Positions 61,398 through 64,000 of a DNA stretch of 64,000 nt are shown in pieces. Source of the DNA: an uncultured Candidatus Rokubacteria bacterium. GTDB lineage: Bacteria; Methylomirabilota; Methylomirabilia; Rokubacteriales; CSP1-6. Position 1 is the stretch's first letter. Each line of letters opens with the position of its first letter. The stretch is from contig CAVWFS010000001.1 in the NCBI GenBank assembly GCA_963754315.1, positions 128,001-192,000 of the forward strand, in the 5' to 3' direction. The position numbers and the translations under genes are program-made. The notes below the pieces were generated by a model that was given only the letters and a program-made list of their open reading frames with translations, was not told the DNA's origin and searched no databases.

Positions 61398-61820
61398 ATG
61401 AACTCCATGGCAGCCCCACGGTCACAGCCGATCTTCGAGTTCTCAGCGGGGGGGCTCGTGGTGGATGAACAAGGACGCGTGCTGCTGATCCGGGCCCGTG
61501 ACCTGCGCAACCAGCCGGTGTGGACGCTTCCCAAGGGAACCTTGGTCACCGGCGAGACGAGCCAGCAGGCTGCGCTCCGTGAGGTCTGCGAGGAAACGGG
61601 CTACCAGTGCGAGGTCGTGCGCGAGCTGGAGGCAGTCACCTACTGGTTCCAGCGGAACGGGCAGCGGATCAAGAAGACCGTGCGTTGGTATCTGATGCGC
61701 CCGCTGGCCAAGGTGGGCGAGCATGACCACGAGGTAGATGAGGTCGCATGGGCATTCCCCATCGACGCGGCCGCGCGCCTGCGCTACGACTCGGACCGGC
61801 GGCTCGTCGACCGACTCTGA
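61398..61820 (+). CDS. NUDIX hydrolase
   Basis: SAGG and WTLPKG....GETSQQAALREVCEETGY. Confidence 0.9.
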   Translation: MNSMAAPRSQPIFEFSAGGLVVDEQGRVLLIRARDLRNQPVWTLPKGTLVTGETSQQAALREVCEETGYQCEVVRELEAVTYWFQRNGQRIKKTVRWYLMRPLAKVGEHDHEVDEVAWAFPIDAAARLRYDSDRRLVDRL

Positions 61821-64000
61821 GACGACGAGGATGAGGATGAGACGCGGCGAACGGCCTCCCAGACCCGAGCTGGTGTCACGGGAAGTTGGGCGAACAGCAT
61901 CTCATCTGGCGAGGCGCCATCGGCGATCAGGGCATCCTCGACCGCGTTGGCGATGACCACCGAGGATGAGATGATGCCGCTCTCGCCGACCCCCTTGATG
62001 CCGAGGTCGTTCACGACCGAGGGGTAGTCGAGGGACATCACATCTAGGGCGGGAACACTGTCCGCGCGTGGAAGCCCGTAGTCCATGAGCGTCCCTGTGA
62101 GGAGCTGTCCTTGCTCGTCGTGGACGATCTCCTCGGAGAACGCGGTGCCGATTCCTTGCGCGATGCCACCGTGAAGCTGGCCCTCGACCACCAGGGGATT
62201 GATCGGACGGCCGCTATCGTGCACGGCCACGTATCGCAGGATGGCAACGGTGCCGGTTTCGGTATCGACGTCCACGACGCAGGCGTGGGCGCCGAAGGCC
62301 CAGGTGACAGTCGCCGGGTAGAAGAATCCGCAGGCCTGGAGCCCGGGTTGGCTTTCCCGTGCCAGGACGGGGCTGCGCACGGCGGCTTGGGCGAGAGAGC
62401 CCAAGGTGAGGGCACGTGAGGGCACACCGGCCACGTGGGCAAAGCCGTCGGCGAGGACCACGTCGTCCGGTGAGCATTCAAGGCGCTCGGCGGCGACCAG
62501 GCGTGTCTTGCGTGCCACTTCACGCGCGGATCGCGCGATGGCCGGGCCGGCCACAGCAGCGACCCGGCTGGCAATGGTGCCCATGCCATGACCGAGGACG
62601 CTGGTGTCGCCGCCGACGACGGTGACCTGGTCAACGCCGACTCCAAGCTCGGCGGCGCAGATCTGAGCCAAGGTCGTCTCGTGGGCCTGTCCTTGCGAGG
62701 ACACACCCACGAAGAGGCACACGGTGCCGCTTGGGTCCACCCGCACATCGGCGCCCTCGAATGGTCCGATGCCAGTTCCTTCGACGTAGGCTGACACGCC
62801 GAGGCCGATCGGGCGGGTCGCGCCTCGGCGTCGACGTTGCTCGGCACGCCATTCGTCGTAGCCGAGACGACCCAGCGCCAGGTCGAAGGCGGCCACATAG
62901 TCTCCGGGATCGTAGGTGATGACGGAGCCATCACGATAGCGGAGCCCGGTGGCGTAGGGCATCTCGTGGCGACGGATGAGATTGCGACGCCGCAAGGAGG
63001 CGGCATCGATGCCGAGTTGGCGGGCCGCGCGGTCGAGAAGGCGGTCGAGCACAAAAGCCGCCTCGGGCCGCCCCGCGCCCCGATAGGCGCCCGCGAACAT
63101 CCGGTGGGTGACCACGCTGGTAGCGGCGCCGCGGTAGTGAGGAACCCGGTAGGGGCCGGGTAGGTGGTTGATGGTGTTCTGCGGCATCACCTCACCGAGG
63201 ATCGGGTAGGCGCCGTGATCGCGCGTGAACGTCGTCTCCAGGGCCGTGATGGTTCCGTCCTCCCGGACGCCGAGACGGGCCACGTGCCGCTGGTCACGGT
63301 CGGGCGAGGAGGCGAGGAAGTGCTCGGCCCGCGTCTCCACCCATTTGATGGGCCGGCCGAGGCGGCGGGCGACGGCCGGGATCAGCACGTCCTCGGGATA
63401 GACGTGACCCTTGCCGCCGAAGCCGCCGCCCACGTCAGGCGCCAGCACGCGCACCCGCTCTTCGGCCAGGCCGAGTGCAGCCGCCACCGCACTGCGGACG
63501 GCGAACGGCATCTGCGTCGAGCTCCACACGGTGAAGCGACCGTCTGGGCTTGCCGGCCACGCCAGCACGCCTCGAGGCTCCAGAGGTACCGGCGCCACCC
63601 TGGGGAATGTCAGTCGAGCCTCGATCACGGCGTGAGCTTCGGCGAATCCGGCGTCCACCGAACCCATCCCGCCCGCGGACGGCCCAGCCACGTTGTTGGG
63701 CCACTCCTCGAAGACGCGCGGCGCCCCGGGGCGGAGGGCCGCCTCGACATTGGCAGCCACCTGAAGAGGCTCCCACTCGATGCGAACGGCAAGGACGGCG
63801 TCGGCAGCCCGGTAGCGATTCTCGGCGACCACCACGGCGACAGGCTCTCCCACGTGCCGCACGACCCGGCCGGCCAGGGCGGGGTGCCGATACGCTCTGA
63901 GGTTGGGAGCGTCCAGCAGCGGCGGCACGGCGCCCTCGCACTCGGGCAGATCGGCCGAGCTCAGCACGGCTATCACGCCGGGCATGGAGTGCGCCGCGTC
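61784..64000 (-). CDS. Xanthine dehydrogenase family (CoxL form II-like) molybdopterin subunit, 5' end beyond the window
   Basis: DVGGGFGGK, AYRGAGR, QGQAHET, EGQLHGG and KGVGE; the frame is open to the window edge. Confidence 0.88.
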   Translation of the reverse strand, partial: DAAHSMPGVIAVLSSADLPECEGAVPPLLDAPNLRAYRHPALAGRVVRHVGEPVAVVVAENRYRAADAVLAVRIEWEPLQVAANVEAALRPGAPRVFEEWPNNVAGPSAGGMGSVDAGFAEAHAVIEARLTFPRVAPVPLEPRGVLAWPASPDGRFTVWSSTQMPFAVRSAVAAALGLAEERVRVLAPDVGGGFGGKGHVYPEDVLIPAVARRLGRPIKWVETRAEHFLASSPDRDQRHVARLGVREDGTITALETTFTRDHGAYPILGEVMPQNTINHLPGPYRVPHYRGAATSVVTHRMFAGAYRGAGRPEAAFVLDRLLDRAARQLGIDAASLRRRNLIRRHEMPYATGLRYRDGSVITYDPGDYVAAFDLALGRLGYDEWRAEQRRRRGATRPIGLGVSAYVEGTGIGPFEGADVRVDPSGTVCLFVGVSSQGQAHETTLAQICAAELGVGVDQVTVVGGDTSVLGHGMGTIASRVAAVAGPAIARSAREVARKTRLVAAERLECSPDDVVLADGFAHVAGVPSRALTLGSLAQAAVRSPVLARESQPGLQACGFFYPATVTWAFGAHACVVDVDTETGTVAILRYVAVHDSGRPINPLVVEGQLHGGIAQGIGTAFSEEIVHDEQGQLLTGTLMDYGLPRADSVPALDVMSLDYPSVVNDLGIKGVGESGIISSSVVIANAVEDALIADGASPDEMLFAQLPVTPARVWEAVRRVSSSSSSSQSRSTSRRSES

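Noticed and set aside
61784..64000. True aerobic CO dehydrogenase (form I CoxL)
   Set aside because: The loop is AYRGAGR, not the form I AYxCSFR signature.

Overview
High-GC bacterial chromosomal segment with about 55 protein-coding genes. I found no rRNA, tRNA, CRISPR array or intact transposase. Gene content resembles Candidatus Rokubacteria/Methylomirabilota, which is an inference only. The top finding is two adjacent convergent genes, a DUF411/CopG-like protein (4584-5045, +) and a VKOR-thioredoxin fusion (5962-5081, -). Each has an in-frame TGA exactly where the family has the first Cys of its redox motif, and each TGA is followed by a SECIS-like hairpin. They look like a pair of exported or membrane selenoproteins that the ORF track truncates. 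Other blocks: an hcrCAB-like operon running into boxC-boxB and two CoA ligases without boxA; a MidA-like methyltransferase, single-barrel MetE and MetF operon; a SigK/RskA-like pair; ttuBA; a liv-type ABC transporter with LLM and SDR enzymes; a UvrD-nuclease fusion; an sxtJ/sxtI/sxtK-like trio; a sixA-ppgK-ppx-ppk1 polyphosphate cluster; tcuA; a DinG-like helicase; and a family of palindromic intergenic repeats. Six single-base frameshifts, one less precisely located frame change and one internal deletion in otherwise intact genes suggest long-read consensus error. All product calls come from motif recognition by eye, not database searches.
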